A stretch of 64,000 nt of DNA, taken from the NCBI GenBank assembly GCA_964504365.1, contig CAZDDW010000001.1, positions 68,293-132,292 of the forward strand, in the 5' to 3' direction. The notes under the pieces were generated by a model. That model was not told the DNA's origin. It saw nothing but the letters and a program-made list of their open reading frames with translations, and searched no databases. Source of the DNA: an uncultured Gammaproteobacteria bacterium. Its GTDB lineage: Bacteria > Patescibacteriota > Patescibacteriia > UBA9934 > CAZDDW01. The translations under genes and the position numbers were made by a program. This document shows, one piece after another, positions 10,083 to 20,200 of the stretch (position 1 is the stretch's first letter; each line of letters opens with the position of its first letter).

Positions 10083-10571
10083 CTAGAAGTTGAGATGGAC
10101 CAGGTAGTCCTTGCGGTCCCCGGACAGTCCGTAGGTAGTCAAGTTGCTGATCAGGTTGTTGACGGCGGGACGAACGGCACTGCCAGCGCCCCAGATTCCG
10201 GGCACATCCCTGATCCGTGCCTTGAATCCCGGACCATGTTCGACCACCTCGATCACCAGCTTGCCGTCGAGTCGTTCGGCGTTGCGCAGTTTGATCTCGG
10301 TCCGGATCGCGTCAGGGATGTCCAGGGTGAGTATTTCCGGGTACTCGAGGCTGAGGAAGTACCCTACGGTGGCGCCGAACTCGGCCCCTTCGTAGGTGAA
10401 GATCAGAAAGCGCGGCCCACCGTTGTGGAACGGATTGTCGGCCAGCCTCAGCTCGTACTGCCCCGGCGGAATCGGAACATGCTCGCCCGGGTCGTCTTCG
10501 TCGTTGCGATCGGCCCGCGGGAACCCCAGTTCCGTGCGCAAGGTCATGGTCATTCGTTCACTGTCACTCAT
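10083..10571 (-). CDS. hypothetical protein, paralog B of the MSD...PxGEYEL...FxYEG...LNF family
   Basis: 163 aa from MSDSERMTMTL with a GGAGA RBS. About 60% GC. Shares N-terminal and C-terminal (YLVHLNF vs YIIMLNF) similarity with the 11341-11832 product. Confidence 0.55.
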   Translation of the reverse strand: MSDSERMTMTLRTELGFPRADRNDEDDPGEHVPIPPGQYELRLADNPFHNGGPRFLIFTYEGAEFGATVGYFLSLEYPEILTLDIPDAIRTEIKLRNAERLDGKLVIEVVEHGPGFKARIRDVPGIWGAGSAVRPAVNNLISNLTTYGLSGDRKDYLVHLNF

Positions 10572-10573
10572 CG

Positions 10574-10870
10574 TCATCTCCACATGTAGATCATGGTCAG
10601 GATGGCAGAAGTTGGGATGGCTGAAAGGATCATTCCCCACATCTGCCATCGGTCTTTGTGCTTGTATCCGTTGGCAGCGTAGATCGTCTGTATGAACAGG
10701 AACATCCACCAGGTGATCGGTTCCATGCTGGACACGTCGTGTTCGAACAATGTCTTCTTGGCCTGAGCAGCAATACCGCCAGCGTTGAGAACGCCAGCAG
10801 TGGCCACGGCCGTGACGAACAGCCAGCTAAGGGCACGCCTCAACCAGTGTTTTTTGGGTTCGGAACCCAT
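10574..10870 (-). CDS. small membrane protein (2-3 TM), co-oriented with paralog B
   Basis: 98 aa, hydrophobic. Its stop abuts the start of the downstream gene. High GC. Confidence 0.45.
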   Translation of the reverse strand: MGSEPKKHWLRRALSWLFVTAVATAGVLNAGGIAAQAKKTLFEHDVSSMEPITWWMFLFIQTIYAANGYKHKDRWQMWGMILSAIPTSAILTMIYMWR

Positions 10871-11009
10871 GTTTGCTCCAATCTGTTGCGAAAGTACTAA
10901 CGTGACAGAATAGCATGAATAAGCTTATCTGTCAAGAGTGTTTGGCTAAAGTTAGCCAAGTTTCTGCTTAAAAGAAAAACCGCATCTGCTGATGCGGATC
11001 CTGAGTAGA

Positions 11010-11309
11010 TCACGCTTGCGAACGCGGCTGAGTTTCAGGCTTTGTGAGCCTGGTAATTTCGGCACGAACCCTTTCCGGGTCGTGTATGGTGTAGAGATCC
11101 GGATCTCCTTCTAATAGGCCGGTGGCAGAGTCACAGTACTTAAGCCCATCGTGGGTGAATACTGCCCAGACAACATCTTTTGTATCCAAGGGACTGGATA
11201 CAATCTCGATTTCATACTCTCCCTTGGGCACATGTCTGCCCTGTAGTGGTCTGCTCATTGGCTCCACGAAGAGAATGAACAGCCACCTCCTAGTGGTCGT
11301 TATCTTCAT
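11010..11309 (-). CDS. hypothetical protein, truncated paralog C (N-terminal domain only)
   Basis: MKITTTRRWLFILF...PKGEYEIEIV...VVWAVFTHDG aligns with the N-terminal ~65 aa of paralogs A and B. Start is uncertain (11309 or 11258). Confidence 0.4.
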   Translation of the reverse strand: MKITTTRRWLFILFVEPMSRPLQGRHVPKGEYEIEIVSSPLDTKDVVWAVFTHDGLKYCDSATGLLEGDPDLYTIHDPERVRAEITRLTKPETQPRSQA

Positions 11310-11340
11310 CGGTGTTTTATCACCCACTGTTCACCCCCCC

Positions 11341-11832
11341 CTAGAAGTTGAGCATGATGATGTAGTTGTTTCGGTCAGCCGGGTGTCCATGTTCTGCCAA
11401 TAGTGCAATCAGTTTGTCGATTGCTCCAAGCAGCTCAGGGTGGCTTACACCTTCAATCTCAGGGGCCTTTGCCAGAGAGGCTGTGTACGTCGCATCCGTA
11501 GCGTCGCCTTCTCGAATCACAACGATCTTGTCTCCAGGGAAGGACATCAGAATCTTCATCCGCAGCACGTCTGGAATTTGCACAACAATGTGGTCGCGTC
11601 CGTCAGTGATCAAGGAGTGACCCTGAGCCCCGTAGATCTTGCCCTCATATCGGAAGCCCAGGAAGGGAGCAGCGTGATTGGGAATTAGTGGATCTGGCAG
11701 TGCTTCCAGTTCATATTCCCCAGCAGGAATCATGTCACCCTTTCCGCCGTACCCCCAATCATCACATTTTTCTGGATACTGCATGAAGGTTTGTTTGTTG
11801 AGAAGGATCAGCCTCATTGTTCTGTCGCTCAT
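11341..11832 (-). CDS. hypothetical protein, paralog A of the same family
   Basis: 164 aa from MSDRTMRLILL. PAGEYELEAL, FLGFRYEG, C-terminal YIIMLNF. Confidence 0.55.
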   Translation of the reverse strand: MSDRTMRLILLNKQTFMQYPEKCDDWGYGGKGDMIPAGEYELEALPDPLIPNHAAPFLGFRYEGKIYGAQGHSLITDGRDHIVVQIPDVLRMKILMSFPGDKIVVIREGDATDATYTASLAKAPEIEGVSHPELLGAIDKLIALLAEHGHPADRNNYIIMLNF

Positions 11833-11936
11833 GTTCAGTCCTCTCTTGTAAGGCGATTGAAAATTAGCACAGGGTCGGTTTGAAGTCAATCAGGAAGGGT
11901 TGAAAATAAAGGTCTATTTTGCTAGTATAAGCCTAC

Positions 11937-13052
11937 ATGAAAGAGCTGATTAAGCAGATAAACGAGCTCAAAGATAAGGCGAGGGAAACCTGGTCGCTTT
12001 TAGATTTAGATACAGTAGAGACGCAGCTGAAAAGTCTGGAAACTGATATGGCAGCTCCAGATTTTTGGTCTGATCAGGAACGGGCTAAACGAGTTGGAAA
12101 GCAGGCCTCGGACTTGCGTGAGGAACTGGATCGATGGCGCGGGTTTTTGAAAGAGGTTGATGATTTGCTGGAACTGGCAAGTTCTGGCGATGATTCGATG
12201 CATGATGACATTGCCTCGAGTCTGGACGAACTGAGCACACGATTTGCTACAATGGAATTTGCCACTTTGTTTTCTGGGGAGCATGACAAGAACGATGCTA
12301 TTTTATCGTTCCATGCTGGGTCTGGTGGAACCGAGGCACAGGACTGGGCAGAGATGTTGATGCGCATGATATTTCGATTTTGTGAAAACAAGGGTTTTGA
12401 AACACAGATTTTATTTGAGTCTCGTGGAACTGAGACTGGGATCAAGTCAGCTACGATCAGAGTGTCCGGGCGTTACGCATTTGGATATTTGAAAAGTGAA
12501 CACGGTGTGCACCGTCTGGTCCGCATCTCTCCGTTCGATGCTGAAAAAATGCGTCACACTTCGTTTGCTTTGATTGAGGTATTGCCAGAGTTGGGCGAGG
12601 AAACAGAAGTCGAGATCGATCCAAAAGATTTACGAATCGATACATTTATGGCAGGTGGTCATGGTGGGCAAGGAGTGAACACGACTTACTCTGCTGTCCG
12701 TATCGTTCATGAGCCAACCAAGATTACGGTATCGTGTCAGAACGAACGATCGCAGCTGCAGAACAAAGAAACAGCAATGAAGATTTTGAAGAGCCGGCTG
12801 CATCAGTTGAAAATGCAAGAGGAAGCGGAAAAGAAAAAAGAGCTACGCGGTGAGTATCAAAGTGCAGAATGGGGAAATCAGATCCGATCCTACGTGTTGC
12901 ATCCATATCACATGGTCAAGGATCATCGCACTGAACACGAGACGCAGGAAACCGATGCGGTTCTTGACGGTGAACTTGAGCCGTTCATGGAATCATATCT
13001 TCGAAAACAACTAGAGTTAAGTGATAGATTCGAGGAAGCGAATAATGAATAA
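11937..13052 (+). CDS. prfB: peptide chain release factor 2, single in-frame ORF (no programmed frameshift)
   Basis: SPF motif (RISPFDA) and GGQ motif (GGHGGQGVN). Full-length N-terminus is present in one frame. Confidence 0.9.
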   Translation: MKELIKQINELKDKARETWSLLDLDTVETQLKSLETDMAAPDFWSDQERAKRVGKQASDLREELDRWRGFLKEVDDLLELASSGDDSMHDDIASSLDELSTRFATMEFATLFSGEHDKNDAILSFHAGSGGTEAQDWAEMLMRMIFRFCENKGFETQILFESRGTETGIKSATIRVSGRYAFGYLKSEHGVHRLVRISPFDAEKMRHTSFALIEVLPELGEETEVEIDPKDLRIDTFMAGGHGGQGVNTTYSAVRIVHEPTKITVSCQNERSQLQNKETAMKILKSRLHQLKMQEEAEKKKELRGEYQSAEWGNQIRSYVLHPYHMVKDHRTEHETQETDAVLDGELEPFMESYLRKQLELSDRFEEANNE

Positions 13053-13118
13053 CGGGACCGACAAGCGTGAGCTTGTCAATTGACAGGCTGACGCCTGTCG
13101 ATCCCGCAAGAAAAAAAT

Positions 13119-14048
13119 ATGCCAAAATACAAAAAAGCCTTAGTCACAGGCGGGGCAGGATTTATTGGATCACACATCGTTGACGCATTGATCAAGCGTC
13201 GGATTCGTGTTTATATCGTTGACGACATGTCTTCTGGTAAGAAAGCCAACATCAATCCGAATGCTCGTTTTTATAAGATGTCCGTTACTAATCCGAATTT
13301 TCCAAAATTAGTTAAGCGATTAAAACCAGATGTTATTTTTCACGTGGCCGCACATCTTGATGTTTCAACTTCCATGAAGAAACCAGAAAAGGATGCCAAG
13401 ATAAATATTATGGGGGCACTTAATGTGATTCGTGGAGCAAGCGAAGCAGGAACAAAAAAGATTATATTTACGTCAACCGGTGGAGCGATGTATCCGGATC
13501 ATGTTCGACCACCTTGGAAAGAAACAGTGCAGCCATATCCGATATGTCCCTACGCTATTGCTAAACGGGCCACAGAATTGTATCTTGAATTTGCTCGCTT
13601 GGAGCACGGAATTTCATATACTGTGTTGCGGTTAGCAAATATTTATGGACCACGTCAGGATTTTTCAAACGAGGGAGGAGTAGTGGCTATTTTTGCTGAC
13701 AAAATGCTGCGCGACCAGCAACCAATGATTTATGGCACTGGGAAGCAGACTCGTGACTATGTATATGTTGGTGACGTGGTCCGAGCAGCAATGGCGGCCA
13801 TGTCGCGATCTGCGGTTGGTGTGTTCAATATCGGAACCGGAAAACAGGTTGATGTGAATACGTTGTTTAAGAAAATCAAAAAGATAACTGGGTCTGATGC
13901 ACTTGAAAAACACAAGCCAGGCAAGCCAGGTGAGGTGGCTGTATCGGCTTTGAGTTATCGATTGGCAGAAAAGAAATTGGGTTGGAAGCCCAAAGTGAAG
14001 TTGGATGAGGGGCTAAAGAAAACTGTAGAGTGGTTTGCAAAAAAGTAA
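13119..14048 (+). CDS. NAD-dependent epimerase/dehydratase (UDP-sugar 4-epimerase-like SDR)
   Basis: VTGGAGFIGSH Rossmann motif, YxxxK (YAIAK), 309 aa. Confidence 0.85.
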   Translation: MPKYKKALVTGGAGFIGSHIVDALIKRRIRVYIVDDMSSGKKANINPNARFYKMSVTNPNFPKLVKRLKPDVIFHVAAHLDVSTSMKKPEKDAKINIMGALNVIRGASEAGTKKIIFTSTGGAMYPDHVRPPWKETVQPYPICPYAIAKRATELYLEFARLEHGISYTVLRLANIYGPRQDFSNEGGVVAIFADKMLRDQQPMIYGTGKQTRDYVYVGDVVRAAMAAMSRSAVGVFNIGTGKQVDVNTLFKKIKKITGSDALEKHKPGKPGEVAVSALSYRLAEKKLGWKPKVKLDEGLKKTVEWFAKK

Positions 14049-14049
14049 T

Positions 14050-14724
14050 ATGAATACCTGGGTTGTTATTCCTGCATACAATGAGGAGACGAAATTAGCT
14101 GAAGTGATTCGTGGGGTTTTTGAGTATGCAGCCAACGTGGTTGTGATCGATGATGGGTCGCGAGATCAGACATATGATGTTGCTCGAGCAACGGGTGCTT
14201 GGGTGCTTCGTCATCGAATTAATCGCGGACAAGGTGCAGCTTTGGCTACGGGGATCGAGTTTGCTCTTCGTCGTGGGGCCGAGGTGATTGTCACCTTTGA
14301 TTCTGATGGGCAAATGAGTGCAGCAGAAATTCCAAAGATGGTAGAACCGATTGAGGCCAGTGAAGCCGAGGTGGTACTAGGATCACGTTTTGTAGAAAAG
14401 ACAGTTCACAACATGCCTTGGTTGCGTCGGTTGGTGGTCAAGGGTGGTATTTGGTTCACACGCGTGTTGTCGCGAATCGATATCACGGATACACACAATG
14501 GTTTTCGTGCGCTGTCTAGATCAGCTGCCTCGCAAATCGAAATTCGACAAGATCGTATGGCCCATGCGTCTGAGATCTTGGATCAGATTTCTAAGAAAAA
14601 AATTAAATTTGTTGAGCGACCAGTGACTGTGACTTACACAGATTATTCGATGTCACGAGATAATAATTCGAACCTGAACGCGATTTATATTGCCGCTCGA
14701 ATGATATTTAGTAAATTATTCTAA
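14050..14724 (+). CDS. family 2 glycosyltransferase (polyprenol-phosphate sugar transferase-like)
   Basis: VVIPAYNEE...VVIDDGSRD...TFDSDGQ motifs. Start set to MNTWVV. Confidence 0.8.
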   Translation: MNTWVVIPAYNEETKLAEVIRGVFEYAANVVVIDDGSRDQTYDVARATGAWVLRHRINRGQGAALATGIEFALRRGAEVIVTFDSDGQMSAAEIPKMVEPIEASEAEVVLGSRFVEKTVHNMPWLRRLVVKGGIWFTRVLSRIDITDTHNGFRALSRSAASQIEIRQDRMAHASEILDQISKKKIKFVERPVTVTYTDYSMSRDNNSNLNAIYIAARMIFSKLF

Positions 14725-14725
14725 T

Positions 14726-15076
14726 ATGACTATTCAAATTCTTGCCACGTTTTTCATTGCTTTCGTTGTTGGGCGCACGGTTGGCCGGTGGAAGCTAAAG
14801 CAGATTAGCACTAGACTTTTTATTTTTTGGGTTTTGTTCTGGGTTGTGGCCCTGCTGTTATTCTGGATGCCGCAGCTTTCAGACCGCGTGGCTAACTTGC
14901 TCCAAGTCGGCCGTGGTGTTGATGCAATTATTTATATCTCACTGGTCGTTATCTTTTATCTGATGTTTAGAATCTTTAATCGTTTTGAACGTATGGAACG
15001 CGAGGTAACAAAATTGGTTCGTGAGATTGCTATTACTAACGCTACAAAAAATGAAGGATCAAAAGAAACAGATTAA
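14726..15076 (+). CDS. small membrane protein (DUF2304-like), GT2-associated
   Basis: 116 aa, 3 TM segments. Position directly after a GT2 gene is typical of DUF2304. Tentative. Confidence 0.4.
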   Translation: MTIQILATFFIAFVVGRTVGRWKLKQISTRLFIFWVLFWVVALLLFWMPQLSDRVANLLQVGRGVDAIIYISLVVIFYLMFRIFNRFERMEREVTKLVREIAITNATKNEGSKETD

Positions 15077-15698
15077 AGAAGCAGTGGCCGTGTTGCGTAA
15101 CAGGGGAGTGGTAGTTTTCCCAACAGAGACTAGTTATGGTTTGGCTGCTGATGCAACTGATCGCCGAGCTGTAGAGCGATTGATCAAGATCAAAGGACGC
15201 GGTTCGAAAACGTTGCCAGTGATTGCTTCGAGTTTGGTCATGGTGAAACAATATGCTCAGATCGAAGGCTTGGCCTTGAGGTTGGCTCGCAAGTTCTGGC
15301 CGGGGCCATTGACTTTGGTGCTAAAGAAAGAAAAAAATAAAAAAATAAAAAAAGAAAAGCTTACACCTCATTGTGTCAAGAATGGCCAAGTGGCCATTCG
15401 TGTCTCCTCGAGTCAGGTCGCGCGCGAGTTATCGCGTCGTTTAGGCAAACCAATCGTGGCCACCTCTGCCAATCGATCTAGACAACCAGACTGTTACAGC
15501 GTCCGGGCGGTACGGCGACAGTACACAGGCTCGAAGCTACAGCCAGATTTCATGCTCGACGTTGGAGCTTTACCAAAACGCAAACCATCAACACTGATTC
15601 GTGTCACTGATAATAATATCGAAGTACTTCGCAAGGGATCAATCAAGATTACCAAGAACCCCCCTTTAATCCCCCCTTGGAAAGGGGGGAGAGCCTGA
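15051..15698 (+). CDS. tsaC: L-threonylcarbamoyladenylate synthase (TsaC/YrdC/Sua5 family)
   Basis: VVVFPTETSYGLAADA...RLIKIKGR...ATSANRS. Unusual Pro-rich C-terminal tail NPPLIPPWKGGRA. Confidence 0.8.
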   Translation: MKDQKKQIKEAVAVLRNRGVVVFPTETSYGLAADATDRRAVERLIKIKGRGSKTLPVIASSLVMVKQYAQIEGLALRLARKFWPGPLTLVLKKEKNKKIKKEKLTPHCVKNGQVAIRVSSSQVARELSRRLGKPIVATSANRSRQPDCYSVRAVRRQYTGSKLQPDFMLDVGALPKRKPSTLIRVTDNNIEVLRKGSIKITKNPPLIPPWKGGRA

Positions 15699-15699
15699 T

Positions 15700-16524
15700 A
15701 TGCCCATATTTCCTAAAAAATCTTTTGGACAGCACTGGCTAAAGAGTCAGGCTATTGTTCGAAAAATTGTTGATGCAGCTGATCTGAAAAAAACAGATTG
15801 TGTTCTTGAGATTGGTCCAGGTAAAGGTGTGCTAACCGAAGCACTACTTGAAAAATCAGACAATGTAACTGCGGTTGAGGCTGATCATGACCTGTATGGT
15901 TTTTTGGAAAAGAAATTTGGTGATCGGATAAAGTTAGTAAAAGGCGACGTAATCAAGAAATCAAATAAAGAACTTGTTGCTTCTTGTTCTTGTTCACTAA
16001 AAAAGACTTGTGAAAAACGATACAAGCTCGTGGCAAATCTGCCATACAACATTACCAGTGCAGTCATGGCCAAGTTTTTGATTGAACAACCAAGGCCAAG
16101 CCGGATGGTGGTAATGATTCAGCGCGAAGTTGCTGATAGGATAACAGCTAAGCCAGGGGATATGGGATTGTTATCGGTCGTGTGCCAATTATTCGCTGAT
16201 ATAAAAAAAGTATGTATTGTAAAACCAGGGTCATTTTCGCCACCACCAAAAGTTCAGTCAACGGTTCTTAGGTTTGATTTAATTCCACCAAGCAAACAAA
16301 AGATCCGTGCTCACGAAGCTGAAGCAATAATCCGTTTAGCCAAGGCTGGTTTTAGTAATCGTCGTAAACAATTACATCGGAACTTAGCTGATGCCCGCGT
16401 GGTCTCATCTGACAAAACTAAGCAGGTTTTAGCCAAATTAAAGCTTTCTGAGATGGCGCGTGCTCAAGAGTTGTCGATAAAAAATTGGGTTCAATTTTAC
16501 AAAGCCATCTCAAACCTGAAATAG
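15700..16524 (+). CDS. rsmA: 16S rRNA (adenine1518/1519-N6)-dimethyltransferase RsmA/KsgA
   Basis: FGQHWLKSQAIVRKIV...VLEIGPGKGVLTEAL...LVANLPYNITS. Confidence 0.88.
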   Translation: MPIFPKKSFGQHWLKSQAIVRKIVDAADLKKTDCVLEIGPGKGVLTEALLEKSDNVTAVEADHDLYGFLEKKFGDRIKLVKGDVIKKSNKELVASCSCSLKKTCEKRYKLVANLPYNITSAVMAKFLIEQPRPSRMVVMIQREVADRITAKPGDMGLLSVVCQLFADIKKVCIVKPGSFSPPPKVQSTVLRFDLIPPSKQKIRAHEAEAIIRLAKAGFSNRRKQLHRNLADARVVSSDKTKQVLAKLKLSEMARAQELSIKNWVQFYKAISNLK

Positions 16525-16572
16525 AGCGCATAAACTTATCCTCAAATAAGCTGGCTGCAGGTCAGTTTTTTT

Positions 16573-16580
16573 GGTATAAT
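16573..16580 (+). promoter_or_regulatory. extended -10 promoter element (TGgTATAAT) immediately 5' of the next gene
   Basis: TGGTATAAT at 16572-16580. Candidate start codons at 16584 and 16599 would give a leaderless or very short-leader mRNA. Confidence 0.35.
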
Positions 16581-16598
16581 TTTATGCGTGTATATATT

Positions 16599-17291
16599 AT
16601 GGTAAGCCCTTCGAAGAACAAGCAGCCAGGGCCAGCCTTCTCGTTAGAGATGAAGGTTGGGATTCTGCTTGTTTTAATTTTGGGAGTCGGAGGCTTGGTC
16701 TTGGGTGTGCGCTACGTTGGGGTACATTTGCAAAAACCTTTTTACAGCGTGCTTTACTATGACGGGCCAGAATATTTGACTTTGAGCGAGCAGGAGCAGC
16801 AAGAGATTGAGTTGCAGAAAAGTAGTGACTCAGATGAGGACGGACTATCAGACTATGACGAGCTGAATATTTATAAGACTAGCCCATATTTGGCTGACTC
16901 AGATTCTGACGGCCAGGATGATATGGCTGAGATTAATTCTGGTCAGAATCCAAATTGTCCAGAAGGTCGAGATTGCGGTTATTATTTTGCGGCTGATAAT
17001 GACACGTCAGATGAATTAGGTGCCGATGATATTATTGATGGTATTCCTGGTTCAACCATTGAAGAACCGGATGCACATTTTCAATCTGAAGAAGATGTGA
17101 TGAGCTATTTGCAAGAAATGAGTGCTGAACAAGTTCGTTTGGCCTTGATCGAAGCTGGGGTGCCAGAAGCAACAGTTAATGCACTTGATGATGAAACGCT
17201 TCTTGAGGTTTTTGGTGAAGCCATTAACGATGCAGGAGAATCAGGACAGCTGTCAGATGTAGTTGATCAATATAACGTTCAATCTGAATAA
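16599..17291 (+). CDS. membrane-anchored acidic protein with thrombospondin-type-3-like Ca-binding repeats
   Basis: N-terminal TM segment (VGILLVLILGVGGLVLGV). DSDEDGLSDYDE and DSDSDGQDDMAE match the DxDxDGxxDxxE motif. Stop is 2 nt before the giant ORF. Confidence 0.5.
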   Translation: MVSPSKNKQPGPAFSLEMKVGILLVLILGVGGLVLGVRYVGVHLQKPFYSVLYYDGPEYLTLSEQEQQEIELQKSSDSDEDGLSDYDELNIYKTSPYLADSDSDGQDDMAEINSGQNPNCPEGRDCGYYFAADNDTSDELGADDIIDGIPGSTIEEPDAHFQSEEDVMSYLQEMSAEQVRLALIEAGVPEATVNALDDETLLEVFGEAINDAGESGQLSDVVDQYNVQSE

Positions 17292-17293
17292 TT

Positions 17294-20200
17294 ATGTTTG
17301 GACTTAGAAAATCAATCAAAAAATTCTTGGTAGCTACAGTTTTATCTTTGTTTTTGTTCCTGAGCACCGCATCAGGATTTTTGCTTTTTGCTGAACAGAC
17401 CAATGCTCAGACAGACGACGCTTTAATTGGGGTTGAGCAAGGTATTCGTGGTGTTGTTTCTCCGCTTTCTGATCCAGCGCAGAACTTAGCCGATATTGTT
17501 AAAACAGTTCGAAAAGAAATAATTAAAACAAAATTAACCATTGCTCTTAAAACAGTTTTGGTAAATTTGTTTAGTTTTGTTTTGAACAGATTGGCTTATG
17601 ACGCGGCCACTTATTTGGCAGCTGGTGCAACAGGACAGGAACCAGGGTTTGAATATAAGAATGCTGGTGAATATTTTGCTGACCTTGGTTTGGACGTTGC
17701 CACCAGTGCTTTCGATTCTTTGGGCGAGGTTTTAGATGAGGCTTTTGAAATCGAGTTTGATATTTGTGATCCAGGAAACCCAATGGTCAAGCTTGGCTTG
17801 CAATTTGGTATTGCTTCAGCATATCAGCGACCTGAACCGCGATGTGACTGGTCAGAGTTTACAAGTAATTGGGAGGCCTCGTTAGCCAGTTTTCAAGATT
17901 ATGCTTTGCTTGGTGAAAACCCAAGCGAATATTTTATAAAAGAATTTAAAAAAGCTTATAGTCCTGGACAGAGTCAGCTTGATGCTTCAATTAAGACAAA
18001 TGTTCGTGTTCATGAAAAAGTTTGGCAAGCAAAAACTAGGGATTTTTCAAAATCATTATCACAAGGCGGATTTAAAGATGTAACTGATTATATTTCCGGA
18101 AATATTAAAACCCCAGGTGTATTATTACAAGAGCAGGTCGAAGAAGAATTGGTTAGGCAAAAGAATGAACCAGACAAAGAAGCTTGGAAAGCCATTATAA
18201 ATGATAAAGAGTGGTTGGCTAATTCCGGTTTATCAATGGGCTCAGTTTTCTTAAATACTTTTCTTTCGAAATTGATGTCAGGAATCTATTCTGGTTTGGT
18301 TGAACCTGATCCAACAGATTTTGATTATTTTGATATGGATGACGTAACTGTTGGTACCGGAGGAAGAGAAGCCGCAGAAGAAGCCTACTCAGATTTGTTA
18401 ACCGCAGAGTTTTTGCCGCTTGATGATTTTAATGCTCTGAATGAATTAGTGGCTTGTCCCGGGTCTGATTCAAGAAATTTGTTTAACTGTGCTGCGGACA
18501 CGTCATTAACAACAGCCTTGAGTCGTGCTGAGTCTGGTGCGCCAATGACAGTGCAAGAAGCACTTGAAGAAGGGTTGTTGCATGGAGAGTGGCCATTGTA
18601 TCCCTCAGATGATTTTGGTAGTAACCAGGATCCGTATTGTTACACATATGGATATTGTTATGGAAACTTGGTTAAGATGAGAAAGTTTAGGATTATTCCT
18701 GTTGGTTGGGAAATTGCTGCAAACTCACCATACAACACAAGCACAAACCCAATTACTTTACAGGAAGTTGTTGATGGGTTTAATGACTGTGGTCCTGATG
18801 GTGCAATCGGTCCAAACTATCCTTGGTGTCACTTGATTGATCCAAACTGGGTTTTGAAAGCACCACAAAGCAGTTGTCCATTTGCTGCTCCGGGTGAACT
18901 TTTGGCCAGCTCAATGACTGGAATTCGTTTACCAAGCTGTGCTGACATGACTACTTGTATTGCTGAAGACCAAGAGGGAAACTGTGTTGGTGGCGAAGCC
19001 TATTGTACGCGCGAGAAAAATACTTGGCGTTTCCGTGGTGATGAGTGCCCTGAAGAGTATGCTAGTTGTTTGAGTTTTACTAACGCCAACACTAACGAGC
19101 TTGGAGATTGGCTCTTGAACACGGTTGATTTTGATTCTTGTACTGCTGATAATGCGGGCTGTCGTTGGTATCGGACCAATAAGTATCTTGATGATGAAAG
19201 TTACGAGTGGTTGCCAGCGGAAACTGAATATATAACATTTGATGAAGATATTGATACAGAAGCCTACCTGGATCGTAGATACTTAAACAATGATGCGCTT
19301 GAGTGTTCTGAAGACAATGCAGGCTGTACTCAGTTGATAGAGAAGGGTGATGATGTGGTGTTGAACGTGGTAGCTAATCCAAGTTTTGAAGATGATGAGA
19401 ATGATGACGGTCTACCAGATGCTTGGAACAACCTGACTGAAGATACTTATCAAGAGGATGAGTCTGGTTCAGTTTACGGATTGGATTATATTACCAGTAC
19501 TGACAACCTGATTTATATTACTCAGGAAAATATTGTTTTATCTGCGAGTCGTTTTTATACATTTAGTTTTTATGCCAACGAGACTGATGCAAGCATTCCT
19601 AATGACACGGTTGTTTGGATCTCGCTTGATGACAAGGATGATCCAACGAACATTGTGAGCCTAGAAGGAACTGCTATACTGGGGGATTGCGAATTAGATC
19701 CAAATGATTTTAGCAATGTTGCTTTAGGGATTGAGGATATTGGCGATGATCCAGAACGATTCGAATGTACCTTTACCACTCCTGCTTTTGATACGTTTGC
19801 CACGATTTGGATTTATACAGCTGAGGGAGAGCACGCCTTTGATGCTTTCCAACTTGAAGAAGGCTCGGTCTTACACGATTATCAAGCTGGTTACGGAGAT
19901 GCAACTTTGGCTTATGAATATTTACTAATGCCACCAGCCTATCTAGGATGCACCGGTGCAGAGACTGATCCGGAAGAGTGTGCGAATTATGCTCAGATGT
20001 GTACTTCACAGGAGGTTGGTTGTGAACTGTATACCCCAGCCGATGGTGATCCATCAGTTCCGGCGATTGTCTCTGAGTTAGATGAGTGTCCTTCTGAATG
20101 TGTTGGTTATGACACCTACAAGCAAGAGGCAACTTTGTACGATGATGAAGATTTTCCACTTTACTTTATTCCTGACACAGCCAATTCATGTACTGAGTCA

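Noticed and set aside
11937-13052. Programmed +1 frameshift site in prfB
   Set aside because: The RF2 N-terminus is contiguous in a single frame from the ATG at 11937. No CUU-UGA-C shifty site is needed, and some lineages lack the frameshift.
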